Source: Lytechinus pictus | Taxonomy: Eukaryota | Direction: 5' to 3' | Length of the DNA: 64,000 bases | Assembly: GCF_037042905.1 (NCBI RefSeq) | Contig: NC_087245.1 | Span: 15,626,001-15,690,000, forward strand | Shown here: positions 24,522 through 37,463 of the stretch, in pieces | Numbering within the stretch: position 1 is the first letter of the stretch | Layout: the number at the start of each line of letters is the position of its first letter | Made by a program: the position numbers and the translations under genes | The notes under the pieces: generated by a model | Databases searched by the model: none | The model's input: the letters and a program-made list of their open reading frames with translations, nothing else | What the model was told of the DNA's origin: nothing

Positions 24522-27500
24522 ATGGCTTCTTTTGATGCGATTTCGCTAGTTGAACAGTGCGAGCAGCAAGAATTAGAGGTAGGTTTCCACTATTTAATTT
24601 CCAGATAAGACTGTAGAGTAGAATAATGAAATAAAAAAACCTTTCTGGGTTGCTAGGTTCTTTAGTTTAAGTTTTATTTAACCTTGTTGACTTGTGTGAA
24701 TGGTACCGGCATAGTCGTGAGTGTGGTCCCACATTATTGAAAATTGTGTAAGCCCTCGCCTGGATTTAGATGCAAGTAACTTTTTTAGGGCTATAGGCAG
24801 CCTATTAGGCACAATAAAAGAAAAAAAAGAACAGTATTAATTGTTGGGCAGTATTCTGAACATTGTCTTTTCTCCATATTTTGTCTTTTCTCAGAGATCT
24901 ATGACAAAATTGGTATGTTGATGAACTTTTGTCATTTTCATAAAAAATAATTTTGACTTTTGTCTCGTCTCAAATCGATCTAAGTTATTCTCTCTCCTCC
25001 CTTCTGGCTTCTCTTTTATTGTGTGAACCCGAAAAATGTGGCTCTTAAGGACGTTCCACAGTTAAAGTGAAATCCATGTCATTTTCACCAAACTTTACAC
25101 ATAGATACTTTAGAACCTTAATATTCGAAATATGCAAAAATTAACATAGGTCCATGTGCTTGATTTTTTGCTATAGAACTTCAAAGTTCACCCAAATTGA
25201 TGTTCTTAAGAATTGCGCATTCAAAAGAATTTGGCATTTTTAGACCGCCCAAGATTACTACAATGAGTTTAAACCTGTATTACTCAGTCAAAATACATGA
25301 AAAAGTCATCAAATTTCGCAAGAGAGTTAATAATTGTATCGTTAGAATGGAGAATATATTTATAGTGCTATTTGTTTGCAATTTTAAGTTTAACAGCACT
25401 GTCAGTTCTTAAAAATGGCGTAAAAGATAACAAAATCCCAATCTAAAAAATGTGAAATTTCAGTAACAAACTACAAAAGTACAATAAATGCTGCACCTTA
25501 TTCAAAATCCATGTCATTTTCACCAAAATTTGTAGAGTTGTAGAGGAAGGTATACCTAAGAGGAACAGCATTAAAAAATAGGGGTTCATATGCTTGTTTT
25601 TAAACTATCAGTATTTTTATTAGAGCAATTGTGCTTTTTAAAACACCAAAAATGCGCCGAATGCTTTGTATCTATGTGAAGAAAAAATCAAAACCACTCT
25701 ACCATTTATTCAAACTCGGGGTAATATTCGTGATTCTTGGCAGCACTGCAGAGTAAAGTATTTTGAAATTGTAGAAAATCTTTTTTTGAATGGTCCATGG
25801 AATAATTCCATTTTTTAGCTTCATGAAATAACGCATCGGATCTGCAGTTAAAGTGCAGAAGATGAGAAAAATCAGCACATACCCGCAGCTAATTAATCAC
25901 CTGTTCATCCATTGTGACGTCAGCGCGTAGAGTGTAAACTATGCGCAGATCATAATGCGCACAAACATAACTGTGGAACGTCCTTAATGCGCATAATGAT
26001 AATCCTAATATGCAAGCAAAAGATATGACAAAATTTATGACAGGGTCTTACCGGTCTAGGCTAGCACTATAGCAGTCATACTCATAAATTAAAAAAAATA
26101 TATATATTGCCTATATAAATTCTACGTGCCTTGAGGCTTGAACGAAACCAGCTGATAAAGCCTTTGTTCGTTTGTCAACAAACTGTAGATCTACACCAAG
26201 GTCTATACAATGAAAAGACTGCCCATGGATGCACTGTGCATAGAAAATCACAGGCACAATGCATGCAACGCTTCTATGACTGAGATTGCGTGACATTCTT
26301 ATGCCTATTCTCTATAAATCACTTTGTTAGTAGGTTCAAACTAGGCTACTGCATAAAACTTACCAAATGATATGAAGTCAATTTCCTGCTTTTTTTAATC
26401 TTTCTCTTGATTTCTCCAAATTATTTTTCTTGATGCTCGGGCAAGAGTTTCATATGCACCCCCCACTATAATTGAAAATAAAAACATGGAGAAGGTTCAT
26501 ATTCGTAATGCTTTGCATCAATTTGCATGTAAAATTGTTTCAGTGCTTAGTTTTTCCCTTGTAGTGTCTTTGATATGAATATAAATTGCATGCAATCTTT
26601 AGGCAAGAAATTGGTATTCCTTGAGTGGAATCCAACTCTCATAAACATTAAGAAAGATAATCTGTAGAATTTCAAGAAAGAATAAGTAATGTGGCTTCAA
26701 ATCATTCAATAAGTTCTATAGCAGTACTGGTATTTGAAGTTAAAGTCATTTAGCAAACGATTAATGTGAATAATTGCCAGCCCATCCCATGATGAAATTA
26801 AATGTGTTGTGCCTGTGATTTCCATGTGCACAGTGCATGTAATGTTTCCATGGGTGCCTCTAGTCTACTGCCTCTCAGGAGTCTGGGTAGGGGGGTGGAG
26901 TCGGGGAAACGGCTATCAATTTGAAACTTGAAGAAGTACTCTCCCAACAAGCATACACGCTGTCCTGGAAAGGGACAGAGGTCCCTTTAATTAATGGCAG
27001 TTTTAAAATTCTAATGAAGAACGCGGTCACATAAATTTAGTCCCCTAAAACTCAGGATTACAAAAAAAAAATTGCTTCCCAACTGGGCGTTGTGCGAGTG
27101 CGGGTATGGAAGCAGGAGACCGTCAAAAACACGGATATACGTCGTGTCGTAATTCAATTTACTACACGACGTAAATAATTACGTCGTGTAGCAATTCGAA
27201 TTACTACACGACGTAAATAATTACGTAGTGTAGTAATTCGACTTACTACACGACGCAATTCCGTATTACTGCCCAACGAATTAATGTCATGACGTTAAAT
27301 GAATTAGTGTCGCTACATCAAATAATTAAGGTCGTGTAGTTATTCGAATTACTACACGACGTAAATAATTACGTAGTGTAGTAATTCCAATTACTACACT
27401 ACCTAAAGAATTACGTCGTGTAGTAAATAATTACTACACGACGTAATTCCGAATTACTGTTTAACGATTTAATGTCATGACGTTAAATGAATTAGTGTAG

Positions 27501-28614
27501 TGACGTTAAATCAACCAATGAGATCGTTCGTTATATGAGCGCAATGCGATGAGCTGAGACTACAGAGTATTGTACCGGAAGCGCGTTTCCGTTTTACACC
27601 CTGGCGAAGGCATTTTCCGGAAAAATAGCCACAAAGCGACTAGTGAAGAGTCTACGTGTACGTTTGTTTACATAATCAGCTGGGCGCGCGATCCAAAAGT
27701 CAGCACTGAAGATATCCCTAGAACATACGTGCTAATGCAGCTGAGCTTATAGACCAAAAGCTTCAGTCTCTGTATTTTGGTTGTTCCGCTGAACTATATA
27801 CGTTGGCTTCATGATTTTTTTTTTTACTTTATCGCACATGATCGTTTATATGAATGAAAACGAATAATAGCTAAAATATTGAAAAATAAAACACATAAGT
27901 ACTTTTTTTCATATTATATCTATCCTTATATCTATCCACTACTATCTATGTTATAAATCAATCTATGGAACTACATGATATATCTATCTGTTAATTTGTC
28001 TATCTACTCTGTCTCTCTCATTCTCTATCTATCTGTCTATCAATCTATCCATCTAACATCTATCTCTCAAATTATCTATCTATCCATCTGTCTCTCTTTT
28101 ATTTCTCTCTATCCATCTATTAATCTACTCATGTGCAATATCAACACTGCTTCGACTTCCTTCGGGAGTCTATTTCCTCAGCTCTACTTTTCCCTTTTTT
28201 GTGCTCGATTCGATTCAACTACTACTTTATTTACTTGTTACCATTGTTAAATGTCTTGTATTGCATAATGAGTTTTTTTTCTGAAGGTTGCCTCCTATTC
28301 TCTTTCAAATTCCACCTCTTGTTTTCCCTTCTCTTTGTCTTATCCCAATTTCTTTCCCTTCTCTCACCTCTTTCTTCTTAATCTTTCATTCCGCTTTTTT
28401 CTTCTTTGGTGACACTTTGTAGTACTTTTAGCCTTTTGTATTTATTTATGATACATTTCTTTTTCATCTGTATGAATTTGTATTGTATTTGATATTTATT
28501 TATAATGTTTACTTTATATTTTGTTATGATTCTATTTGTATGTAAACATTCACTTATTTCAGTCTTTGACTGCTTGTGATTGTATTTTGATAGTTTTTAT
28601 TGCAATAAAATCCA

Positions 28615-28646
<32 letters not shown>

Positions 28647-31600
28647 CTCTCTCTCAAATTCTCTTTATCTATCCATCTGTCTGTCTTTTTCTCTCTCTCT
28701 CTGTTTCTCTCTATCCGTCTATCTATCTCTCGAATTCTCTCTATTCATCTGTCTGTCTGTCTCTCAAATTCTCTCTCTCTCTCCATCCATCTGTCTGTCT
28801 TTTTCTCTCTATCCGTCTATATATCTATCTCTCAAATTATATCTATATCTATCTCTATCTATCTATGTAACTGCAGTATCTATCTATCTGTTAATCTTCT
28901 CTGTCTCTCTCATTCTTTATCTATCTATCCATCTAACATCTACCTCTCTCTCAAATTCTCTCTCTCCCTCTCTCTCTCTCTCCCCCTCTCCATCTCTGAG
29001 TTCTCTCCCCCCATCTATCTATCTATACATCTCTCTGTCTTTCTCTCTCTCTCTCTACTTCTATCTATCTATCTATGTATGTCTCTATCTATTTATCAGT
29101 CTTCTATATCTATCTTTCGGCATCTAAGTGTATCAATCCATCAAACTTCAATTTTCTTTCTATTATATGTATCTGTTTATTTTTATTTTGTCTGTCATTC
29201 TATTCATTTAGTTAATAATTTATATTTAGAAAAAAAACTTTTTCATAACTTTTCATAAAAAATCGTAGCTGCAAAGGCATGTTCGGATTTCACTCATATG
29301 ACTGCTCTCTGTACATGAAGTGCCGAGGAACTCTATGCTCTGATCAGTAAACTGTGCAGATTGCATGCGGTGGTGTGGGACTCGCCTGTGTCGCACGCTG
29401 CAACGGTATACCCGCTGCAACCAGCGACGTGTGTAGACTCTTCACTAGTCGCTTCGTGGCTAATTTTGCGGAAAATGCCTTCGCCAGGGTGTAAAACGGA
29501 AACGCGCATCCTGCGCAGGCCGTCGGGATATCCCAGGGGGCCCCTCGAAAATAAAATAAAAAAGTAAAAATGTCATGCCCTTTTATTCACTGACGTTTTT
29601 CCCCTAAATGTCCTCGTACTTGGGCAAGCCAGTGTTGTTATGGTTGCCCGAGACGTGCTCCACCTGTAAAACCTGTTAGCTTTCATAACCCATAATATTT
29701 GAATAACGAATATTGGTCCAGCTTCACAGGCGTTTGAATATCGAACCTGTATATTAAACCAACTTCACAGTTTGAATATTGAACATCCAACTAACTTCCT
29801 GCCGGTACGTTCCGGTACAATACTCTGTAGTAGTCTCAGCTCTTCGCATTGCGCTCATATAACGAACGATCTCATTGGTTGATTTAACGTCACTACACTA
29901 ATTCATTTAACGTCATGACATTAAATCGTTGAGCAGTAATTCGGAATTACGTCGTGTAGTAATTATTTACTACACGACGTAATTCTTTAGGTAGTGTAGT
30001 AATTGGAATTACTACACTACGTAATTATTTACGTCGTGTAGTAATTCGAATAACTACACGACCTTTATTATTTGATGTAGCGACACTAATTCATTTAACG
30101 TCATGACATTAATTCGTTGGGCAGTAATACGGAATTGCGTCGTGAAGTAAGTCGAATTACTACACTACGTAATTATTTACGTCGTGTAGTAATTCAAATT
30201 GCTACACGACGTAATTATTTACGTCGTGTAGTAAATTGAATTACGACACGACGTATATCCGTGTTTTTGACGGTCTCCTGCTTCCATATGCGGGCGTGCG
30301 TGTGCCTGAAGTATAACTAGATATGGAGGAAGTTATGAACTTGATGTGGATGCTAAAGATTCAAGCTTTCACTTGGGTCATGGTGTGAGAGTGTAATGTT
30401 GAGCAGGCTGGGCTGGGGCTGTCGAATCACAATACAAAATTCAAATTTCAATTCCATTCTTTTTTTCAACAATTATTTCCAGACATGACATTTGTAATTG
30501 GTTATATGGTATAACGTTATAATGGAGGTGACAAATCTGAAAAAAATATTTCACCAAAATAATTCAAACATTTTAAGATGTTGATAACTTTGTTATTACA
30601 TGTCGGATGTCCATGTGTATTGTGTTCTGTTTCAGGTGTTTGCCAAATCATATTATTTTCCACCCAAAGTAATGATATTAATGATATTAGAAAATATGTG
30701 TGTTATTGTGCTAATCATGTACTGAATGGGGTTGACATGTGGTTTCAGGAAGCATTAACGCTTCCTGAACTATTTATGTCAAGTCAATTATCGTGCACAT
30801 AACTGTCAACACTTTACAAGAGAGTTTCATCAGGTACAGGTACTATGGCAAGTTCCCCCAAGTCTGCGCAGTCCCCCTTGTCTGCGCACACGCGTATCTG
30901 CGCGATTCTAGTAAAAGAAAATACGCAACGAGCACGAACTCTACACATGCAATACATAGACAGGTATTCACAAAAAAAATCCGACTCAAAATGATGGGAA
31001 AATAATAATTTTAGGGCATTTCATGTGACGGCCTCAAAATGCAGCCTTTCTCAACAAAATCCCTGAATCGTGTGCAAAGTGAATGAGTGTGCAGACATGG
31101 GGTACCATTTTTTTCTTCAATCTGAAAATGACAGCCCGAGATTTTTTCAAGAAAATCCTATATTTTTTTTCATTTTTTAATGAGAAATTTGGTACACTTA
31201 CTAACAATAATATAAGGAACATTATTAACTGAAATATTTTGTGAAATAAGAAGAAATTCATGTTAAATCTTAACTCAAATTGTTAGGTGCGCAGACTAGG
31301 GGCCCACCATTATACCTCCCATTTGAGAGATTGACTATGACTTAAGACACAATTTCTAAGGAATGAAAGTCTCCTGTTTAGGAAACTAAATTGCAGTCAA
31401 GTGCACAATTACCAGTTTAAGATGTGAGCTGTTCAGATGTTAAGATGTGATATATCTCTTACCCAAACAAAGTAAGCAAACAAATTAATCTTGATCTTGA
31501 GATTTGAAATTATGATTTATTTTTCTCCAATTTGTTGTAATCTCAATCTAGTATTCATGAATGTATAAATAAAATGTGAACTTGATTATGTTTTACTTTA

Positions 31601-34600
31601 CTTTTATGGCATGTGCACATTTATTATTTTCCCCAAAACCCCAAAATATGCAAAAGCCAGATTATTTTATATGATATTGTATTGTAGCATTGTTCAGTTG
31701 GCTTCTGTAACATTCTGTGCAAAATACATGTACATTCACAGCTGAAGGTGATTTTCAACTCCTCAATCTGGCAATACATATGATTGATATTGTTGTCAAT
31801 TTTCTCACTCCTTTCTTCTGTCTGCTTTTTCCTTTTTCTTCCTTCCTCATCAATCTGAATTCTAAACTTTACATGTTTAGGCCCCAGGAGGTGTTGCTAC
31901 TTCAGAGCTCTACAAGAAGTTGCTTGCTCTTTACCTTTTGCAAAATGATCTGTGAGTATGCCTATTCTTACAGCTTTATGCCCAAATACTTATGGTGTTC
32001 AAATTTTCATTGTGTTATGTAAATTCCTCTTTAGTCTTTAGAATCAATGTATTTTTTGTTTTATTTTTGTCAGGAAATATTGCTAGTGATACCTAATTCA
32101 GGTAGCATTTGTACTCAAATTAACCTCTAATTCAAATTGGTGAATTTTTTTTTAAAATATGATTTTGCTTGTTGTTTTAACTGTAAGTTCTCCTCATTTT
32201 ACTTCTATCTCTTTGGCTGGAAGGAACATCCATTATTACACTGAATATAAATATTTTGATTATTAACAATAATTGAATCACCTGCCATATCCACATAGGC
32301 TGGGAACATGAAAAGAACTTTGCCTATTGATGTTCTTTTTCAGTTTACCAATGGCATTGGATCATGCTACAGACCAACATTGCATCTGAAGACATGTTAT
32401 TATTGCTTAATGTACACAACCTAGTTGTTACCAATTCTTCCTGATATCTTTGCTTTGATTCCTTCAGAAACAATGCCAAATTCTTGTGGAAGAGAATTCC
32501 AGCCTCAGTTAAAACAGTAAGTCAGTCTTCTGTTTTTTTCTTGTTCTTTCATGCAGTACATTTATATGTCAAAATCCATTATTACCACATGTAATGAAGT
32601 AGTCCAAGTAGAGAAATTTTGCTGGAGTCCATTTAACCTTTTTTTTGTGTGTGTGTTTGAGTTAGATCATCTTCGAGAACTCAGTTTGTTCTAGAAAACT
32701 GGTTATAAGTAACTAACTGAAATGTGCGTTTTTTTTTATAATCTGTTTTCTTGTTCAAACTTTATTCCTGAAGATGATATACATTAGGGCATTTTCACGG
32801 TAACTAACGTTACATGGCACAATTTTACACACTTTTCATTGTGTGTATGATTATCTCTAAAACGACAAATGATTGGAGTTTGCTTTCATTGTGTGTATGA
32901 TTATCTCTGAAACAACAAATGATGGGAGTTTGCTTAAAAAGCAAACTCCAATCATTTGTCGTTTTAGAGATAATCATACACACAATGAAAAGTGTGTAAA
33001 ATTGTTCCGTGTAACGTCAGTTACCGTGTAAATGCCCATTAAAGTTAAAAAATGAACAGACGACATCCATGTGATTCTACTTAGAGTTTTATTTCTTTCA
33101 TTGTATTTATTCCAAACAATGATTGATATAAATTTTAGTTGCTTTCAAATTCAGATTGAAGTTATGGTTGTTACTTCTAGAAGAAATTTGTACTGGTCAT
33201 GCTGGACAAAATGATAAATCCAGAATATGGGAAATATGCTAATACTTTGACTTTATCTGGCCAGATCAAGCTATATATGTAGTATTGGTCTAGCTTAGCT
33301 ATATAATAAGGGTCTGTCTCCCTTGATTAGTTTCCTACATGTAGATAATACTGGATATTCCTAAGCAATTTTGATCAAGGTATTGTAGACTGACCTCTAT
33401 CAAGGTAGTTTGAAGCTGATTGAACTTACTGAGCTAGACCGACCAGGTCAAAACTAGTTTGATCTGCCCTGAATTAGTTAATAAGAGGAGCCTAGCAATA
33501 TACGACTTACTCTGGGTAATTCATAATATGATTTTTATTATTTATTCCCAACTAGGGTGACCCAGAGCTTGGATTTATATGGGATATTGGTCAGAACATG
33601 TGGCAGAGGGATTTCTCATCGTCCAAACTGTACAGTGCTCTCAACAGAGAATGGTCTGATGGCATCAAGGAAATAGTTTCTGCACTTTCAGGTAAGACCT
33701 TTTTTCCCCCTTTAGTTTCTGACATGAAGTCTGGGTAGGATGCAATGTAAGCAAACCTGCATTTGAGAAAAAAAAACAAATTTTTGAATAACAAGGAGCA
33801 TTTATGATTACTGGTACTTCTTCATAAAAGTCTTTCTCGCAACCACTTATGTCGCAGGCCCACCTGTGTTTGGAGATGGTACACATGTCTTGTTTTTCTT
33901 AAAGAATTATCATCACTCAAAAGTGACTCTCTGTTGCAAGAAGTCCTGTAGAATTATCTTTTAGCCCTTTTGGTCTATTAAAGAGGGATATGTTTCAAAA
34001 TCAACATTTTGAGTGATACATAGTCTGAGTAGAAGAAAGAGTGTACAATACAATTTTTTTTTAAAATCACAACAAAAATCAATGAAATGCAAAACCTGAT
34101 TACATTTGTGTCTGCAATTTATTGTATGATCCCAGATTCTGTCAAACAGAGACTATTCCAACTTGTAGGGAATGCATACACCTCAATAGAAGCCGATCAG
34201 TTTGCATCGTATCTAGGAATGTCCAAGGAGCAAGCCATTAATGGTAAGCATGTGTATGTAGTTCAGAAGGCCAGTTGGGGACACTGCCTAAGTTTTCTTG
34301 ATTGTCCAGCCAAGAAGTTTCACAATTATTCCTGGTTCAGTTCAGTAAAAGTAATTATGGCCAATCTTTCTTGATGTGGTCAGTCTACATCAATACACTG
34401 ACGTCCTACACAAATTCTGAACAATGATAATTTTACATCGGAAAATATTTTTAGTCTCCCAGATGTATTTGTTGATTGACTTGTTCTTTTTTTTATGATA
34501 CTGCTTCAAGACATTGATCCCTCTTTTGGGATTCATGTTTAAACCAACAAAAGTGAAAATAATCTTGGATTTTCTGGTTGAAAACACAATTTGCATTTAC

Positions 34601-36175
34601 TTTGTACAAAGAATCACGTTTATGGAGCAACTTTGGGTCTGACATGCACTTACAAATTATTTTGTAACTTCGGAACCAAGAACCTGTGCGCCGCAAATCT
34701 GGTCTGAAAAGATGAGCAAGAATTTAAAGTAAACAGTCACCAAGCGCTGCGGTCGAAAAAATTTCATGCGGTGGAGTAGTGACGAAATTCGTCAAGGGTT
34801 AAGAGAATGCACGAGTTTGTTTCTTATGACCAATCTGTGTGTGCATGCCCGTTATGCATAGTGATAGTGACCTACAAAGTGGGGATGTATCTTTAATGAG
34901 AACTTGCCGAGAGTGTGTACGAAATTGATATCAAATCTATGCAGCAACTTTTCATGTAAAAATATCTATTCTAAAAAATATCTGTAAATCCTCTAGCTAC
35001 ATATGGTACTTGCTTATGATTTCATCTTATTGGAAAAATAAGACACCCCATGGAGATTTAAGCCAAAATTTTCATAGGTCTTGACTTTCGTTCATTGGTT
35101 TGCACAGAATTATGCATACTTTATATGCAACATAATAGTTTTTTAATAACAGTGCAACATATGCTCGGTAAGATTTTTTTTATTTTAATTTGGCTGACTT
35201 ATGAAAGATGATCAATATTGAATTGTAAAAGTCTGTTTTAAATTAATTTATCCAAGGAAAATTCTCAGTGAAACTGTTGTTGAATACCTCTTTATATTTT
35301 GATTAATAATTAACTTTCAACAGCTGTCCAAGAAGAAGGTTGGTCATACAACTCTACTGCTCAAATGATTTTACCCATTAAACCAGGTAAGTTGTTAATG
35401 GTGAACAGTAATTGGAATTAATGAATAATAGCCTTTTGTATCTATCATTTTGTGATTATCTTGGCACTTTAGGGACATAATTTAACCCCCCCCCCAAAAA
35501 AAAAAAAATGACAAGAGGACCCAAAAATATTGACAAAATAATACATTCTTGTTTTTATTATTTAAAATATGTAATATGTAGGGCTGATTTGTTACCAACT
35601 GCCCCTTAAATGTCCCAGCATTTTTCAAGACTTTCCCCCTCCATAGATTGCTGCTGGGTGTTATAGGAATTGTAATGTAGAAAAATAAGCCCCAGGCTAT
35701 TACAAAAAATAACTTCTTTTCAAATCAGGTCTCTGTCATGAGTTCAGTGACAGATTGTAATCTTAAGTCTGGGTCTGGAAAAGAAATTTCACTGAGCGAT
35801 TTCTTTTATATAAATATTTATGACTGTTAAAAATGGCTTTGTTGATTGATCTTGTAATGATTGCAATAGAAAGTCTTTTCTGTAATAGAAGATGCACAGC
35901 TCCTTGCACTAACTCTTAATTCAAACTGTAACAATTTTCCCAAGTTAAAGTCCGATGGAAGTGTTTGTTTTGATTCTCAGGAAATCTGATTGATCCAAAC
36001 TTTTTTTCCATAATCCCTAGCCCTTGCCCTTGGCATAGTGCTCACTGTGTTAATTCTCCTTTTCCTTTGCTTCTCTTTCCCTGGCTGACATGCAGTTTCC
36101 TCAAAAGAAGCCCCAATACCCAGTGAACAACAGATAGCTCAACTAACAGAGTTTGTAGCCTTCTTAGAAAATTGA
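24522..36175 (+). CDS. COPS8: COP9 signalosome subunit 8, spliced, 187 aa
   Basis: Exons 24522-24578, 31881-31951, 32468-32516, 33556-33691, 34136-34243, 35324-35386, 36096-36175 (TGA); all GT-AG and phase-consistent, 564 nt. Translation [112 protein letters not shown] matches the CSN8 family end to end. Confidence 0.96.
25049..25983. mobile_element. Kolobok-type non-autonomous transposon in COPS8 intron 1
   Basis: TTAA|GGACGTTCCACAGTTA ... TAACTGTGGAACGTCC|TTAA: a perfect 16-bp TIR with TTAA TSD and RR..YY termini. Confidence 0.85.
27105..30288. mobile_element. IS3EU-type non-autonomous foldback transposon (3.2 kb) in COPS8 intron 1
   Basis: Termini TATGGAAGCAGGAGACCGTC ... GACGGTCTCCTGCTTCCATA. 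Perfect 6-bp TSD TGCGGG (27099-27104, 30289-30294). ~475-bp near-identical TIRs plus an inner IR at 27581-27655/29433-29507. Confidence 0.85.
27915..29150. repeat. (TCTA)n/(TC)n/(TA)n low-complexity core of the IS3EU-type element
   Basis: Degenerate pyrimidine-rich simple repeats. Confidence 0.85.
32787..33037. mobile_element. Palindromic MITE (GGGC..GCCC ends, Harbinger-like) in COPS8 intron 3
   Basis: ~100-bp arms are nearly perfectly inverted; the left arm has an extra ~50-bp tandem duplication (TCATTGTGTGTATGATTATCTCT..GAGTTTGCTT). Confidence 0.75.
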
Positions 36176-37330
36176 AAGGACCTAGATGGATACACCAGAG
36201 GCAAGAATCGGATGCCTACACATATCATGTGGATGCATGGTAGGCTTGCCCAGTGTTCCACTCATTGGATGTACTGAATTTAAAGACTAATAGACTTCAA
36301 AGTCAGCCAATATCTGCTTGGAGATGTGCTTTGATGTTCCTGGAAGACATGCCCTTCATCCAGTAACCAAACCGAGGAGACCCGGAGGCTATTGTGCTAA
36401 CTACAATGATAACAGAACTCAGCAGCCAATCAATATCAAGGTAGCTGTGTTCAATACTGTAATTAAAATATTACCATAATTTGTATGTCTTTATGGAAAC
36501 AGGAACCTGGTGATAGTTTTATGAAGCATCTAAAGATTTGCACTTGATCCATTCAGGTGCTAGGATTTCAGTACATTATAAAAGCTGTCAGTGATCTGCT
36601 TGCAAGATGCTTTATATGAAATGTCTCCCACCCCCAATAGTTTTTTTTTCTAATATTTTTCAATAAATTGTGCTACCTGCTTAAGCAAATTCAGTCAGTT
36701 GATTCAATATTATTTGACAAGTCAAATGTCAAAGCTCTGACAGCGTCATTTTCAGTGAATGTGCGAGTAATCAATGGCCCACAATGGCTCACCTACCAAA
36801 CCTTTGGCCAAAGTGTTCCGGCACCACCGCATGCAGTATCTAAATGCCATAGTAAATTTAATTCATTTGGTGATTTCTGAACTGGTTGGTATTCGCTCAT
36901 TCATAAGTTTGCCCTGAATTCTCTAAGAAAAAAGTCAGTAATGTAAGTAAATTGCACATGTAATCATTTTTTGAAGGCTGATAGAAACAGAAAACCTCAT
37001 TTGCTAGCAGAACTTTTGAGCTGAATCATCTTCATTTTTCAGTGAAAGGATTTTAATGTGTGGTTTAGGTGTTTACTCATAAGCAATGATAGACTATAAG
37101 ATTTTACTCATCTCTTGCATCAGAAGGATCAAAGAATGGATTTTTGAATAATGATCAAGACTGTTTGGGAATGTACTGTTACCTTAGAACTGATAATCAG
37201 TGATCTTTTTCTCACTTCATCAACGTTATCTGATGATTTTAAGCTCAATGTTTATCTGGTGATTTTAAGTTCTTTCTGCGTTGACCCTTTGGTGTTGGAA
37301 AGATTTTTGTATCAGCTTAGCACCAATTTA

Positions 37331-37463
37331 AATAAAAGACTGGTCTTGAAACAAGTCTTACTTGGTGTTGAGCTATCAATAATGTAATTTGGACCATTTT
37401 TGTAAACTCATATTAGGTGAGTGAGTTTGGAAGGCAATTAAAATTTTGCATCCAACCAATAAA
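37331..37463 (+). promoter_or_regulatory. Candidate polyadenylation signals of COPS8
   Basis: AATAAA at 37331-37336 and 37458-37463 (also ATTAAA at 37626), 1.2-1.5 kb after the stop and before the repeat block starting ~38020. Confidence 0.4.

Noticed and set aside
27140..27500. Regularly spaced palindromic repeats resembling a CRISPR array
   Set aside because: No unique spacers, eukaryotic intron context, and mirrored at 29890-30255 as part of a transposon TIR.
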